Below, piece by piece: positions 44,926 to 53,621 of a stretch of 63,026 nt of DNA (position 1 is its first letter; each line of letters starts with the position of its first letter). The stretch is from an uncultured bacterium (GTDB taxonomy: Bacteria > Armatimonadota > HRBIN16). The translations under genes were made by a program, and so were the position numbers. Location: the NCBI GenBank assembly GCA_938027655.1, contig CALJAP010000054.1:1-63026 (forward strand), written 5' to 3'. The notes under the pieces were generated by a model, which saw nothing but the letters and a program-made list of their open reading frames with translations, was not told the DNA's origin and made no database searches.

Positions 44926-46395
44926 ATGTTTGGCAGGCTGCTGCTGGGTCTGGTGCTGGGTGGTGCAGGAGGAGCGGTAGCTTTCCTGATACAGGAGCCG
45001 CTGATAGACCACCAGAAGGCACTTTTTGACCCCGCAGTCGCCGTTGAACAGACCGTCTGGTTGTCCATCATTCTGGGCGCGTGCTACGGCTTCTCACTGG
45101 GCATGGTGGATAGCCTCACCCGGGGGGTGCCCGGACAGGCGCTGCGCAAAGGGGCTATCGCGGTGCTTATTGGGCTACCCGGCGCCACGATTGCGCTCTT
45201 CATGGGCAACATCGCGTATGGAACGCTAAGCAACCTGTTGGGCAACCCGGCGGGAACCGGTGCGCCTCCCACGCCGCTGGGCTTTGTCACCGACATCGTT
45301 CCACGCACGATAGGCTGGACGCTTCTCGGTTTAGGTATCGGCGCTGCAGCCGGTGCGGTTACCGGCTCCACTAAACGCTGGTGGCACAGTGTGATTGGCG
45401 GGGCGATTGGCGGTGCATTAGGCGGCATTGCCTTCCAGATTTTCACCCTCATCTTTGCGCCGCTGTATCTCGCCATGTCTGGCGGCGAGCGGGTGGAGGT
45501 CGGCGCGCCGGGCAGGGCGGTCGGCTTCCCCGTGCTGGGCGCGAGCATCGGCTTCTTCATCGCGCTGGTGCAGGAGGCGTTGAAGGCGGCATGGGTGCGC
45601 GTCATCGTGGGGCGCAATGAGGGCAAGGAGTACCCGGTGGATAAACCGGTGTGCATCATCGGACGCGACGAGTACGCCGATATTCCCCTCTTCGGCGACA
45701 CGCACATCGCCCCACAGCACGCCCGCATCATCAGGCAGCAGAACCGCCACCTGCTGGAAGACCTCGGCGCGCCTGCCGGCACTCTGTTGAACGGGCAACC
45801 CGTGCAGCAGGCGTGGCTAAAAGACGGTGACCTTATCCAGATTGGCTCGATGCGCCTGCAGTTCTTCGAGAGGGCCACCCGCTCGGTAGTGCGCGAGGCG
45901 ATGGAGCGGATAGAGCAACTTTCTTCACGCCCTCCCCTGCCAGATTACTTGTGCCCCTATTGTGGCGAGCGCAAAGACCCGGTGACGGGGCAGTGTGCGT
46001 GCAGTGTGTTGCCCGGCACGCCTGCGCCAGCGGCAGTTGCATCGGGGGCGTCACCTGCCGCTCCGCCGTCATCCGCCGGAGGTGCAGCGCAGCCTGCGGT
46101 CGGAACGGTTCCTACCCGACTGGTCATTCTGGGCGGAGTAAAAGCAGGCGCGATTTTCCCCTTGCAGGGTGACGTGTTGACCATCGGCAGAGAGCCCGGG
46201 CGCGACCTACAGATCGATTTTGACCCCACCGTGAGCCGGCGCCATGCGCGACTGGAGAGGCAGGGCGGTCAGTGGGTACTGATAGACGAAGGCTCGCGCA
46301 ACGGCAGCTTCGTGAACGGTCAACCCGTACAGCAGAGGGTGATTCAGGCGGGCGATGTGCTGCGCTTTGGCAACACGGAGATACGGGTAGAGTAG
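44926..46395 (+). CDS. polytopic membrane protein with two FHA domains flanking a zinc-ribbon-like motif
   Basis: About 6 TM spans, then FHA1 (IIGRDEYADIPLFGDTHIAPQHARI), CPYCGERKDPVTGQCACS, and FHA2 (TIGREPGRDLQIDFDPTVSRRHARL...SRNGSFVNG). Confidence 0.8.
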   Translation: MFGRLLLGLVLGGAGGAVAFLIQEPLIDHQKALFDPAVAVEQTVWLSIILGACYGFSLGMVDSLTRGVPGQALRKGAIAVLIGLPGATIALFMGNIAYGTLSNLLGNPAGTGAPPTPLGFVTDIVPRTIGWTLLGLGIGAAAGAVTGSTKRWWHSVIGGAIGGALGGIAFQIFTLIFAPLYLAMSGGERVEVGAPGRAVGFPVLGASIGFFIALVQEALKAAWVRVIVGRNEGKEYPVDKPVCIIGRDEYADIPLFGDTHIAPQHARIIRQQNRHLLEDLGAPAGTLLNGQPVQQAWLKDGDLIQIGSMRLQFFERATRSVVREAMERIEQLSSRPPLPDYLCPYCGERKDPVTGQCACSVLPGTPAPAAVASGASPAAPPSSAGGAAQPAVGTVPTRLVILGGVKAGAIFPLQGDVLTIGREPGRDLQIDFDPTVSRRHARLERQGGQWVLIDEGSRNGSFVNGQPVQQRVIQAGDVLRFGNTEIRVE

Positions 46396-46445
46396 GGTAC
46401 AATCTGGATGCCTTGCGTCAACTGAGAGAAAAATGAGGGGCAACA

Positions 46446-47837
46446 ATGGCAAAGACAGAGGTCATCTCCGACCTGCAGCGTATCGTGGGCGAGAACGCGG
46501 TACTGCACGACCTGTTTGACCTGCTGGTCTACGACTGCGACGCCTACACGATGGAGAAGGCGCCCCCGCAGGCGGTGGTCTTCCCCACCGAAACCGCGCA
46601 GGTGCAACAGGTGGTGCAGCTGTGCAACCGGTTGGGCGTTCCCTTTGTGCCGCGCGGGGCAGGAACGGGGCTATCGGGCGGCGCGCTGGCGGTGAAAGGC
46701 GGGGTGATCCTGTGCACCAGCCGGATGACGCGCATTCTGGAAGTAGACATCCCCAACCGACGCATCACCGCCCAGGCAGGCGCAATCAACATAGACCTCA
46801 CCCGGGCAGTGAAAGCAGAGGGCTACCACTACGCGCCCGACCCATCCAGTCAAGGCGTCAGCACCATCGGCGGCAATGTGGCGGAGAACGCCGGAGGTCC
46901 GCACACGTTGAAGTACGGGGTAACCGTTAACCACATCACGGGACTAGAGGTGGTTCTTCCCGACGGCGAGGTGGCCTGGTTCGGCGGCAAGTGCGAGGAA
47001 CCGCTGGGATACGACCTGGTGGGCGTGTTCACCGGCAGTGAGGGCACACTGGGCATACTCACCACCGTCATCGCCAAACTCACCCCCCTGCCCCAGAGCT
47101 GGCGCACCCTGCTGGCGGTCTATCCGCAATTGGAAGACGCCTGTCAGACGGTTTCCGACATCATCGCGGCAGGTATTGTGCCCGCAGCAATGGAGATGAT
47201 CGACCGCACGACCCTGCAGGCGGTCGAGGCGGCGTTCCGCTTTGGCTTCCCGCAGGATGCGGACGCGGTGCTGGTGATTGAGTTAGACGGGCTGGAGGCG
47301 GGGCTGGACAGGCAGCTACAGCGCGTGGTGGACATCTGCAACGCAAACCACGCCGAGGAGATTCGCCTTGCCCGCGACGAGGACGAGCGCACCCGCCTCT
47401 GGACGGCACGAAAGAAGGCGGTGGGGTCGCTGGGAAGATTGGCGCCCAGCACCGTCACGCAGGATGCCGTGGTTCCCCGAAGCAAGCTGCCACAGGTGCT
47501 GCGGCGCATCATGGAAATCGGGCAAGAGTACGGCGTGCGTATCGCCAACGTGTTCCACGCGGGCGACGGCAGTCTGCACCCCATAGTGCTCTTTGACGAG
47601 CGAGACGCCGAAGAGGTCCGCCGCGTACGCGCCGCGAACGACGCCATCGTCCGGTTGTGCGTGCAGATGGGCGGCAGCATCACCGGCGAGCACGGCGTGG
47701 GGGTGGAAAAGGCACATTATATGCGCTTGCTGTATAGCGACGCCGACCTGGAGGCGATGCAAAGGGTGCATGATGCCTTTGACCCGCAGGGTTTGTGCAA
47801 CCCCGAGAAGATATTTCCGCCACGCCCATCACCCTGA
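46446..47837 (+). CDS. glcD: FAD-linked oxidase (glycolate oxidase subunit GlcD-like)
   Basis: PCMH-type FAD-binding domain (VPRGAGTGLSGGA) and a C-terminal GSITGEHGVG motif. 463 aa. Confidence 0.82.
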   Translation: MAKTEVISDLQRIVGENAVLHDLFDLLVYDCDAYTMEKAPPQAVVFPTETAQVQQVVQLCNRLGVPFVPRGAGTGLSGGALAVKGGVILCTSRMTRILEVDIPNRRITAQAGAINIDLTRAVKAEGYHYAPDPSSQGVSTIGGNVAENAGGPHTLKYGVTVNHITGLEVVLPDGEVAWFGGKCEEPLGYDLVGVFTGSEGTLGILTTVIAKLTPLPQSWRTLLAVYPQLEDACQTVSDIIAAGIVPAAMEMIDRTTLQAVEAAFRFGFPQDADAVLVIELDGLEAGLDRQLQRVVDICNANHAEEIRLARDEDERTRLWTARKKAVGSLGRLAPSTVTQDAVVPRSKLPQVLRRIMEIGQEYGVRIANVFHAGDGSLHPIVLFDERDAEEVRRVRAANDAIVRLCVQMGGSITGEHGVGVEKAHYMRLLYSDADLEAMQRVHDAFDPQGLCNPEKIFPPRPSP

Positions 47838-47933
47838 ATGTTTCGCCTCGTTTGCGCAGGCTAAAGCCTGCGGCGACACCTTCTCACCCTGAATGTTTCG
47901 CCCTGTTTGCGCAGGCTAAAGCCTGCGGCGACA
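47830..47933 (+). repeat. tandem 55-nt repeat, 2 copies, containing palindromic module C
   Basis: caccctgaatgtttcgccycgtttgcgcaggctaaagcctgcggcgaca occurs at 47830-47878 and 47885-47933. Each copy carries the gcaggct-aa-agcctgc palindrome. The glcD TGA stop (47835-47837) lies inside copy 1. Confidence 0.92.
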
Positions 47934-47970
47934 AATGCCATCCCCATATTGGCAGGATGTTTCATTCGTC

Positions 47971-48001
47971 TGTCATTCTGAGCGGAGAGAAGAATCTCAT
48001 G
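47971..48001 (+). repeat. dispersed repeat module B
   Basis: tgtcattctgagcggagagaagaatctcatg. Confidence 0.85.
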
Positions 48002-48046
48002 TTATCACCACAGGGAACGGCATTAGCCGTGAGGAGACAGCCACAA

Positions 48047-48073
48047 CGGCTCGGCAGGAGCCTCGCTCTCCAC
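48047..48073 (-). repeat. dispersed repeat module A (reverse orientation)
   Basis: The plus strand reads cggctcggcaggagcctcgctctccac. Confidence 0.85.
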
Positions 48074-48085
48074 AAGGAGAGCGAC

Positions 48086-48366
48086 ATGGTAGCGAACCTG
48101 AAGTTAGTCTGCCGAAGGGGTGTAGCAAAGATGTTGCCATCGGGAAATGTGTATTTACGCTGGAAGTTTGGTGCAACGAAGGATGCTTCCTTCTTTCTTC
48201 TCGCCGTCTGGCTACAGCAGCCGCGCAATGCCCCGCGCTTCAGGCAAGCGGGCTTCAACCTCTACGTGGGCTTGTGGCAGGGCACCACAGAAGAGCAGCT
48301 CTCCACCCGGCGCGAGGCGAAGATGCCCGTCTTCTGCGAGCAGAACGCGGTCGGCTTGTACGCGCG
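48086..48366 (+). pseudogene. possible 5' remnant of a glycoside-hydrolase-like gene
   Basis: AAGGAG, 6 nt, then ATG. The ORF encodes ...FFLLAVWLQQPRNAPRFRQAGFNLYVGLWQGTTEEQL..., resembling a first beta/alpha unit of a TIM-barrel GH. Its continuation runs antisense into the histidine kinase gene. Confidence 0.3.
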
Positions 48367-49410
48367 TCACTCATCCAGCAAGGAAACCTTCCTTGCCTTA
48401 CCCGCTGGCAGGGTAAAAAGCACCGTTGTGCCCTTACCCAGTTCGCTCTCGATCCAGATGCGCCCCTTCTGCGCTTCCACCGCCAGCTGGCAGAAAGTGA
48501 GCCCCAGTCCGGTGCTGGCTCCCTCTTTACGTGCCTCCACCTGCGCGTACTTGTCAAATACCTTGTCTACCCACTCTGGAGGAATACCCGGACCCTGATC
48601 GGTCACGCTGAAGGTCACCGTTGCTCCTTCCGAGGCGCGGGTGCGGATGGTGACGGTGGAATCGGGAGGGCTGTACTTCAGCGCGTTACTCAACAGATTC
48701 ACCAGCACGCGCGTGGTGATGTCGGGGTCGGCAATGACGGTGTTGACCTGCGGGTCGGTTTCATACACCATTTGTACACGGTTCTGCGCCGCCCACAGCG
48801 CCACCACCGCAAGCGAGTTATTCACCACCTCGTCTACGCTTACCTCTTGCCTCTGCACCGGCATCTTGCGGTGCTCCAGACGGGGCAAATCGAGCAGGGA
48901 GTTAATCAGGGTCAACATGCGATTGCTGGAGATGAGTGCCATGTCCAGCATTTCCTGTTCCGACTCGTCCATCCTGCTCTCGCGCATCTGACGCAGGGTT
49001 TGCAAGCCGGTCAGCACGTTGGTGAGCGGCGAGCGCAGGTCGTGGATGATAAAATGCATCAGCTCCTCATGGCGTTTGCGCGTCGCCAGCAAACCCGAAA
49101 GCATATAGGTGACGGTCAGGAAGATGGCGGAGCGCACCGCCAGGTTCCAGTAGGGCACGACGCCGGCGGTGTCATGGGTGGTGCTGAGCACGTCCGCTGC
49201 AAACCATGCTATCGCGCTGGCGACCGCCAGAACCACGCCCGGCTTCTCACCCGCGAACCAGTCCACCAGAATAATCGGGATAAGGTAGAGAATAAGCAGG
49301 TCCGGCTCGGTGAAGTAGTCTATTGTGGTGATGATAGCTACCAGCACCAGCCCTAAAGCAATCCAGAAGTGTCGGGAACGTTTGCTCAAGAAATCAAGAA
49401 GTGTGTGCAC
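48367..49410 (-). CDS. membrane sensor histidine kinase
   Basis: About 4 TM helices, a HisKA H-box (HFIIHDLRSPLT), and HATPase_c N, G1 and G2 boxes (NALKYS, DQGPGI, GLGLTFC). Confidence 0.88.
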   Translation of the reverse strand: MHTLLDFLSKRSRHFWIALGLVLVAIITTIDYFTEPDLLILYLIPIILVDWFAGEKPGVVLAVASAIAWFAADVLSTTHDTAGVVPYWNLAVRSAIFLTVTYMLSGLLATRKRHEELMHFIIHDLRSPLTNVLTGLQTLRQMRESRMDESEQEMLDMALISSNRMLTLINSLLDLPRLEHRKMPVQRQEVSVDEVVNNSLAVVALWAAQNRVQMVYETDPQVNTVIADPDITTRVLVNLLSNALKYSPPDSTVTIRTRASEGATVTFSVTDQGPGIPPEWVDKVFDKYAQVEARKEGASTGLGLTFCQLAVEAQKGRIWIESELGKGTTVLFTLPAGKARKVSLLDE

Positions 49411-49423
49411 ATTTTGCCTCCAG

Positions 49424-50530
49424 CTACATGATACCTCGACGAGAGGCTTTTCTGGACGCGGTATCCAGAGCGGACTGGATTAACATGAACTCACCGATAT
49501 TATCCATCGTGAGCAATCCCACCAGCTCGTCGCCGCGCACCACCGGCATCGAGTGGCAGGCGCACGCTTGCAGGCGCGGCAACACGTTTTCCAGCATCTC
49601 GGCGGCGTCTACCACTTCGAACTGCCTCTGCATCACTTCGCGCACGAAGCGTCCCGTCCCCTGCTGTGCCAGCGCGTTGAGCAGGTCGTTGCGGGTCAAC
49701 ACCCCTGTGATTCGCCCGCCTTCTATAACCGGAAAGTCCTGTTGCCAGCCGCTGAGGATAAGCTCCACTACCCGCTCCAGAGGGTCATCGGGCGAGACGG
49801 TACGAAAGTCGGTCAGCATCGCGCGTTGCACCGGTATACCACCCAGCGCGGATTTGATTTGCACCATGCTGGCTTCCTGCGCTGCACCAATCCATACGAA
49901 AAAGGCGATGAACAACAAGAACGGATTGAGAAACAGCCCCAGAAAGCCAAACAGGAAGGCGATACCTTGCCCCAGCGAGGCGGCGATGTTGGTCGCTTGC
50001 ACGTAGTCCATGCGCATCGCCAGCAAGGCTCGCAATACGCGCCCGCCATCCATCGGAAAAGCGGGTAGCAAATTGAACGCCGCCAGAAACAGGTTCACCG
50101 TCATCAGCCTTGTCCACAAAGACCCCTGTACCATATCGGGCTCTATCGGAAGTAGCATGCTCTTCGCCTGCACAAAAAAGTACAGCGCCACGAAAACAAG
50201 CACGTTCACCGCAGGACCCGCCAGCGCGACCCACAGCTCCTGCACCGGCTTGTCCGGCATTCTTTCCAGACGTGCCACGCCGCCTATCGGTAACAGCGTA
50301 ATGTCGCGCGTGCGGATACCGTATCGCTTCGCCGCCAGCGCGTGCCCGAACTCATGCAGCAACACACACCCGAACAGCAAGAGGATAAACGCCACCCCGT
50401 TCACCACCGCCTGGAGCGTGCCCAGCTGCAACCAGTGTAGAAGAGCAATCCATGCCACGAGCAGGAGGAAAGTGGCATGTACATACACCGCGATACCCGC
50501 GTACTCTCCCAATTTCCATGACCATCTCAT
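49424..50530 (-). CDS. M50 site-2 protease family metalloprotease with a C-terminal CBS pair
   Basis: HEFGHALAAK (HExxH), followed by the membrane-embedded AFNLLPAFPMDGG motif and two CBS-like repeats. Confidence 0.88.
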   Translation of the reverse strand: MRWSWKLGEYAGIAVYVHATFLLLVAWIALLHWLQLGTLQAVVNGVAFILLLFGCVLLHEFGHALAAKRYGIRTRDITLLPIGGVARLERMPDKPVQELWVALAGPAVNVLVFVALYFFVQAKSMLLPIEPDMVQGSLWTRLMTVNLFLAAFNLLPAFPMDGGRVLRALLAMRMDYVQATNIAASLGQGIAFLFGFLGLFLNPFLLFIAFFVWIGAAQEASMVQIKSALGGIPVQRAMLTDFRTVSPDDPLERVVELILSGWQQDFPVIEGGRITGVLTRNDLLNALAQQGTGRFVREVMQRQFEVVDAAEMLENVLPRLQACACHSMPVVRGDELVGLLTMDNIGEFMLIQSALDTASRKASRRGIM

Positions 50531-50678
50531 CGGAACATCCCTGCCTTTTCCATCCTGTAGTCGTTCTCTCCAGAATCAGTTACGCAAAGCGGGGAGGAGA
50601 TATAACACCCGAAGCACAGGTTATTTCGAGACGGCACAGGCAAATACCTTTGCCCACCCGGTGCTTTCTCCCAGGCGG

Positions 50679-50707
50679 TTGACAACAGGCAGACATCGGC
50701 GTATACT
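50679..50707 (+). promoter_or_regulatory. sigma-70-type promoter candidate for the trkA genes
   Basis: TTGACA, a 17-nt spacer, then TATACT, 43 nt before the ATG at 50750. Confidence 0.55.
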
Positions 50708-50749
50708 GAAGTCCGGCATCACTATGCAAAGCAGAGGCAAAGGCTACAG

Positions 50750-51202
50750 ATGAGAATAGTCATCCTGGGGTGTGGGCGTACCGGTGCAGCACTGGCACGC
50801 ATTATGGCAGCGGAAGGGCACCGGGTCACTCTCATCGAGTGGAACAACGACTCGCTGGAGCGCTTGGGGGGGAAGTTTACCGGTGCGGTCATCACCGGAA
50901 ACGGGCTGGACGAGGACGTTCTGAAAAAAGCGGGAATCGAACAGGCGGATATGTTCGTCGCCCTCACCGAAGGCGACAACCGCAACCTGATGGCGGCTCA
51001 AATCGCCAAGGACCGGTTTCACGTGCCAAAGGTAATCGCCAAAGTGAACGACCCCATTCGGGCAGAAGCCTATCGGGAGCGGGGCATCTACACGATATGC
51101 TATAGCCTCATCGGCTCGGCGATGATCCGTGACCTCGCTTACGACCGCCCGCTGGGTTCGGTAGAAGAGTATAACGTCGTTCCCCCGGAACTGAAAGACT
51201 GA
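50750..51202 (+). CDS. TrkA-N (RCK Rossmann) domain protein
   Basis: MRIVILGCGRTGAALARIMAAEGHRVTLIE is a GxGxxG NAD-binding fold. At 150 aa, no TrkA-C domain is present. Confidence 0.8.
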   Translation: MRIVILGCGRTGAALARIMAAEGHRVTLIEWNNDSLERLGGKFTGAVITGNGLDEDVLKKAGIEQADMFVALTEGDNRNLMAAQIAKDRFHVPKVIAKVNDPIRAEAYRERGIYTICYSLIGSAMIRDLAYDRPLGSVEEYNVVPPELKD

Positions 51203-51218
51203 GTGAGGTAGTTGCGCG

Positions 51219-51887
51219 ATGTACATTATCATAGTGGGTGCAGGTAATGTGGGCTACTATCTGGCGAAGACTCTGCTGAACGCCGGACATGAGGTGCTGC
51301 TAATCGAGCGTGATAAGCGACGCTGTGAACTGCTGCGCGATGAGTTTGGCGAGTCGGTCATGCGCGGGCGAGGAGATGAAATCCGTACCATGCGCGAGGC
51401 AGGGGCGGACCGCGCGGACATCGTGGTCGCCTGTACCGGGGACGATGAGGACAACCTGATTATCAGCCAGATTGCGAAGTGGTATTTCAACGTCCCCCGT
51501 ACGGTGGCACGTATCAACGACCCACGCAACGAGAGCATCTTCCAGCAGCTGGGCATCGACGCGACCGTCAGCAGCACAAACATCATCTATCACCTGATTG
51601 AGCAGGAGATCGAAGCGGGCGAAGTGATTCCGCTTGCCGCGCTGAAGCGAGGCAACATCGAGATTGTGGACATCGAGCTCAGCACGCGCTCCCCGGTGGT
51701 GGGCAAGCGTGTTCAAGACCTCCCCCTCCCCCCAGATGCGCTCATCGTTTGCATCATCCGACAGGAAAACGCTATGCTGCCTCATGGCGACACCGTGCTG
51801 GAAGCCAACGATAGCGTGATTGCGCTGGTATCGGCGCAAAACGAACGCCAGCTGCGCAAGGTGTTCGCAGAGGAGCAGTATGAGTAG
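51219..51887 (+). CDS. trkA: Trk/Ktr potassium-uptake regulatory subunit (TrkA-N plus TrkA-C)
   Basis: MYIIIVGAGNVGYYLAKTLLNAGHEVLLIE plus a C-terminal RCK-C segment (VVGKRVQDLPLPPDALIVCIIR). Confidence 0.85.
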   Translation: MYIIIVGAGNVGYYLAKTLLNAGHEVLLIERDKRRCELLRDEFGESVMRGRGDEIRTMREAGADRADIVVACTGDDEDNLIISQIAKWYFNVPRTVARINDPRNESIFQQLGIDATVSSTNIIYHLIEQEIEAGEVIPLAALKRGNIEIVDIELSTRSPVVGKRVQDLPLPPDALIVCIIRQENAMLPHGDTVLEANDSVIALVSAQNERQLRKVFAEEQYE

Positions 51888-51895
51888 GGGACAGG

Positions 51896-52822
51896 CTATC
51901 TCTGTATGCCGAGCTGCAGGCTCAGGTAACCCGCTGGGCGGTCACGCCAACCTTCCACCAGACTGCCCGGGCGGTACAGCACAAACGCGGTCAGCCCTTC
52001 TATGGATGTGCCGGCAACGGGAAAGCCTCTTGGTGCAAAGGTGGCTCCGAACTGCGCTCGCAGTGCACGCCCCAGAGCGAAGCTGACCGCTCCGCTCAAC
52101 ACAGGGCGATAGGTGGTTTCCCTGTGACGGTCGGCGTAGATGCCACCGTCCACCTGTACCTGCCAGCGCGTTGCTCGCGTGGAAACCGCACCGACCGATA
52201 GCTCAACGGTGTCAGCCGACTCCGTGCCCGCGCGCGTGCGCGAGTAGCAAAGGCGACACGTCGTCGTCCATGCGCGGTCGCGCCGGATGGAGAGCAGACC
52301 AGTCGTATCGATACGCGGAGCCACGTAAGTGAAAACGCCCTCCGCCACGTCCGCAACACCTTCCCCCCCTTCCAGCCGGCGTACCGACAGCATCAGCCGG
52401 CGGTCGCCCTCGTCCCGGAGCAAGTACTCTGCCCCAAACCACCGCGCGGAGGTGGAGAAACGGTTGGTGCGCACGCGCCCTTTCGCCACAACCCTCTGCC
52501 AGCCAACCTGCAGCTCCGTACGACCATCTACCTGCAAGGCGACCGACTGTTCGCTCACCCACAGAGTGCGCCCTTCTGCCTCGGCGGCACGCCATGTGGT
52601 GGAGACGCGCACACGATTTGTCTCCTGCGCCCACGCACCGGCGGAAAGAAGGAACGCCAGCGGGATGAGGAGGCAAAACAGGGTAAACCGAACCTCTCCC
52701 CCAGCCCCTCTTCCACAGGGAGAGGAGCGCTCTTCCCCCTTCCCTTGCAGGGAAGGGGGACAGGGGGTTCGGTTTCGTTTTGCGCACTTCGTCAGCGCAA
52801 CCGGTATCAGAGGGCGATTCAT
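51896..52822 (-). CDS. hypothetical beta-rich exported protein (possible OM barrel)
   Basis: The ATG overlaps the upstream stop (ATGA). A hydrophobic signal-like segment FTLFCLLIPLAFLLSAGAWAQE begins only at residue 46. Residues 16-46 are encoded by repeat module D. Confidence 0.5.
   Translation of the reverse strand: MNRPLIPVALTKCAKRNRTPCPPSLQGKGEERSSPCGRGAGGEVRFTLFCLLIPLAFLLSAGAWAQETNRVRVSTTWRAAEAEGRTLWVSEQSVALQVDGRTELQVGWQRVVAKGRVRTNRFSTSARWFGAEYLLRDEGDRRLMLSVRRLEGGEGVADVAEGVFTYVAPRIDTTGLLSIRRDRAWTTTCRLCYSRTRAGTESADTVELSVGAVSTRATRWQVQVDGGIYADRHRETTYRPVLSGAVSFALGRALRAQFGATFAPRGFPVAGTSIEGLTAFVLYRPGSLVEGWRDRPAGYLSLQLGIQR
52685..52775. repeat. composite hairpin repeat (module D) bounded by a 10-bp inverted repeat
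   Basis: The outer inverted repeat aaaccgaacc/ggttcggttt is perfect. Two inner stems are cctctccc/gggagagg and tcccccttccc-ttgca-gggaaggggga (11 bp). Confidence 0.8.
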
Positions 52823-53553
52823 GGCTTGAACGCTTTCAATATCAGACGGGAGACGTTGCCCAGAGTAGGTCCGCCGGGTATTGCCTCGAAACTGACCGCT
52901 GCTACCGGAATGCCCGCTTCCGTCTGCCCCACGAAGGTGCGCGTCATATCCACTGTGCCGTTAGCGTGCGCCACGAACAACCGTGATCTGCCCCCCACAG
53001 CCCCAGCATCGGTGAGGAACGCTACGTACGAGTTCTCGATGACCGAGCCTAGCGCAGGAAACCTTGCCTCGAACTTGGTGGGCAGCGTGGTGCGTAGTTC
53101 ACCTCCTACGGCAAATACGTCGAACACGTACGCGGTGAGGGCGCTGCGGAACTCCTTGCCGTCCTGTAGCACGCGGATGTTCTCGGCGACGGCAGTATAC
53201 CGCCCTTCGGGCAGCTGCAAATCGTCTAGCAGGGTGCCGTCACGGCTCACACGCACAGTACGTAGCAGGTCGGAAGGCGAGGGAGCATCCGTTCGCGGGT
53301 TGACGAAGCCGTCGCCTCGGTATACCTTCACCTCTACACTCTGGTCAAACCCCACTCCCGGCAGCTGCGACTGGTTCGCCTTGATGATAACGACGCCCTC
53401 TCCCTGTTCCGTAACCACCTTGCCGTTGGTAAGCAGGATATACTGTGAGGTAGGAGGCGTCTGCGCCCCTCCTCCGCCGCCGCAACTACTTAGAGCCAGC
53501 GCCACCCACCCCGCCGCAATGACGCCAGCCAGCACCCGCATCCTCTTTGTCAT
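52819..53553 (-). CDS. lipoprotein, function unknown
   Basis: Lipobox LALSSC followed by a Gly-rich linker. 244 aa and beta-rich. Confidence 0.65.
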   Translation of the reverse strand: MTKRMRVLAGVIAAGWVALALSSCGGGGGAQTPPTSQYILLTNGKVVTEQGEGVVIIKANQSQLPGVGFDQSVEVKVYRGDGFVNPRTDAPSPSDLLRTVRVSRDGTLLDDLQLPEGRYTAVAENIRVLQDGKEFRSALTAYVFDVFAVGGELRTTLPTKFEARFPALGSVIENSYVAFLTDAGAVGGRSRLFVAHANGTVDMTRTFVGQTEAGIPVAAVSFEAIPGGPTLGNVSRLILKAFKP

Positions 53554-53621
53554 GCTCGTTGTACCTCATCCCGCCAGATTTACCGGTAAGAATACCGGCT
53601 TCCACTGTAGCATGAGACGGT

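Noticed and set aside
47935-49356. A 473-aa plus-strand ORF, and the repeat-derived 5' part (47795-48085) of ORF 47795-48598.
   Set aside because: The 473-aa ORF runs antisense to a histidine kinase with clear H, N and G boxes. Its 5' part is translated repeat modules. Only the short SD-led segment 48086-48366 was kept, as a possible gene remnant.
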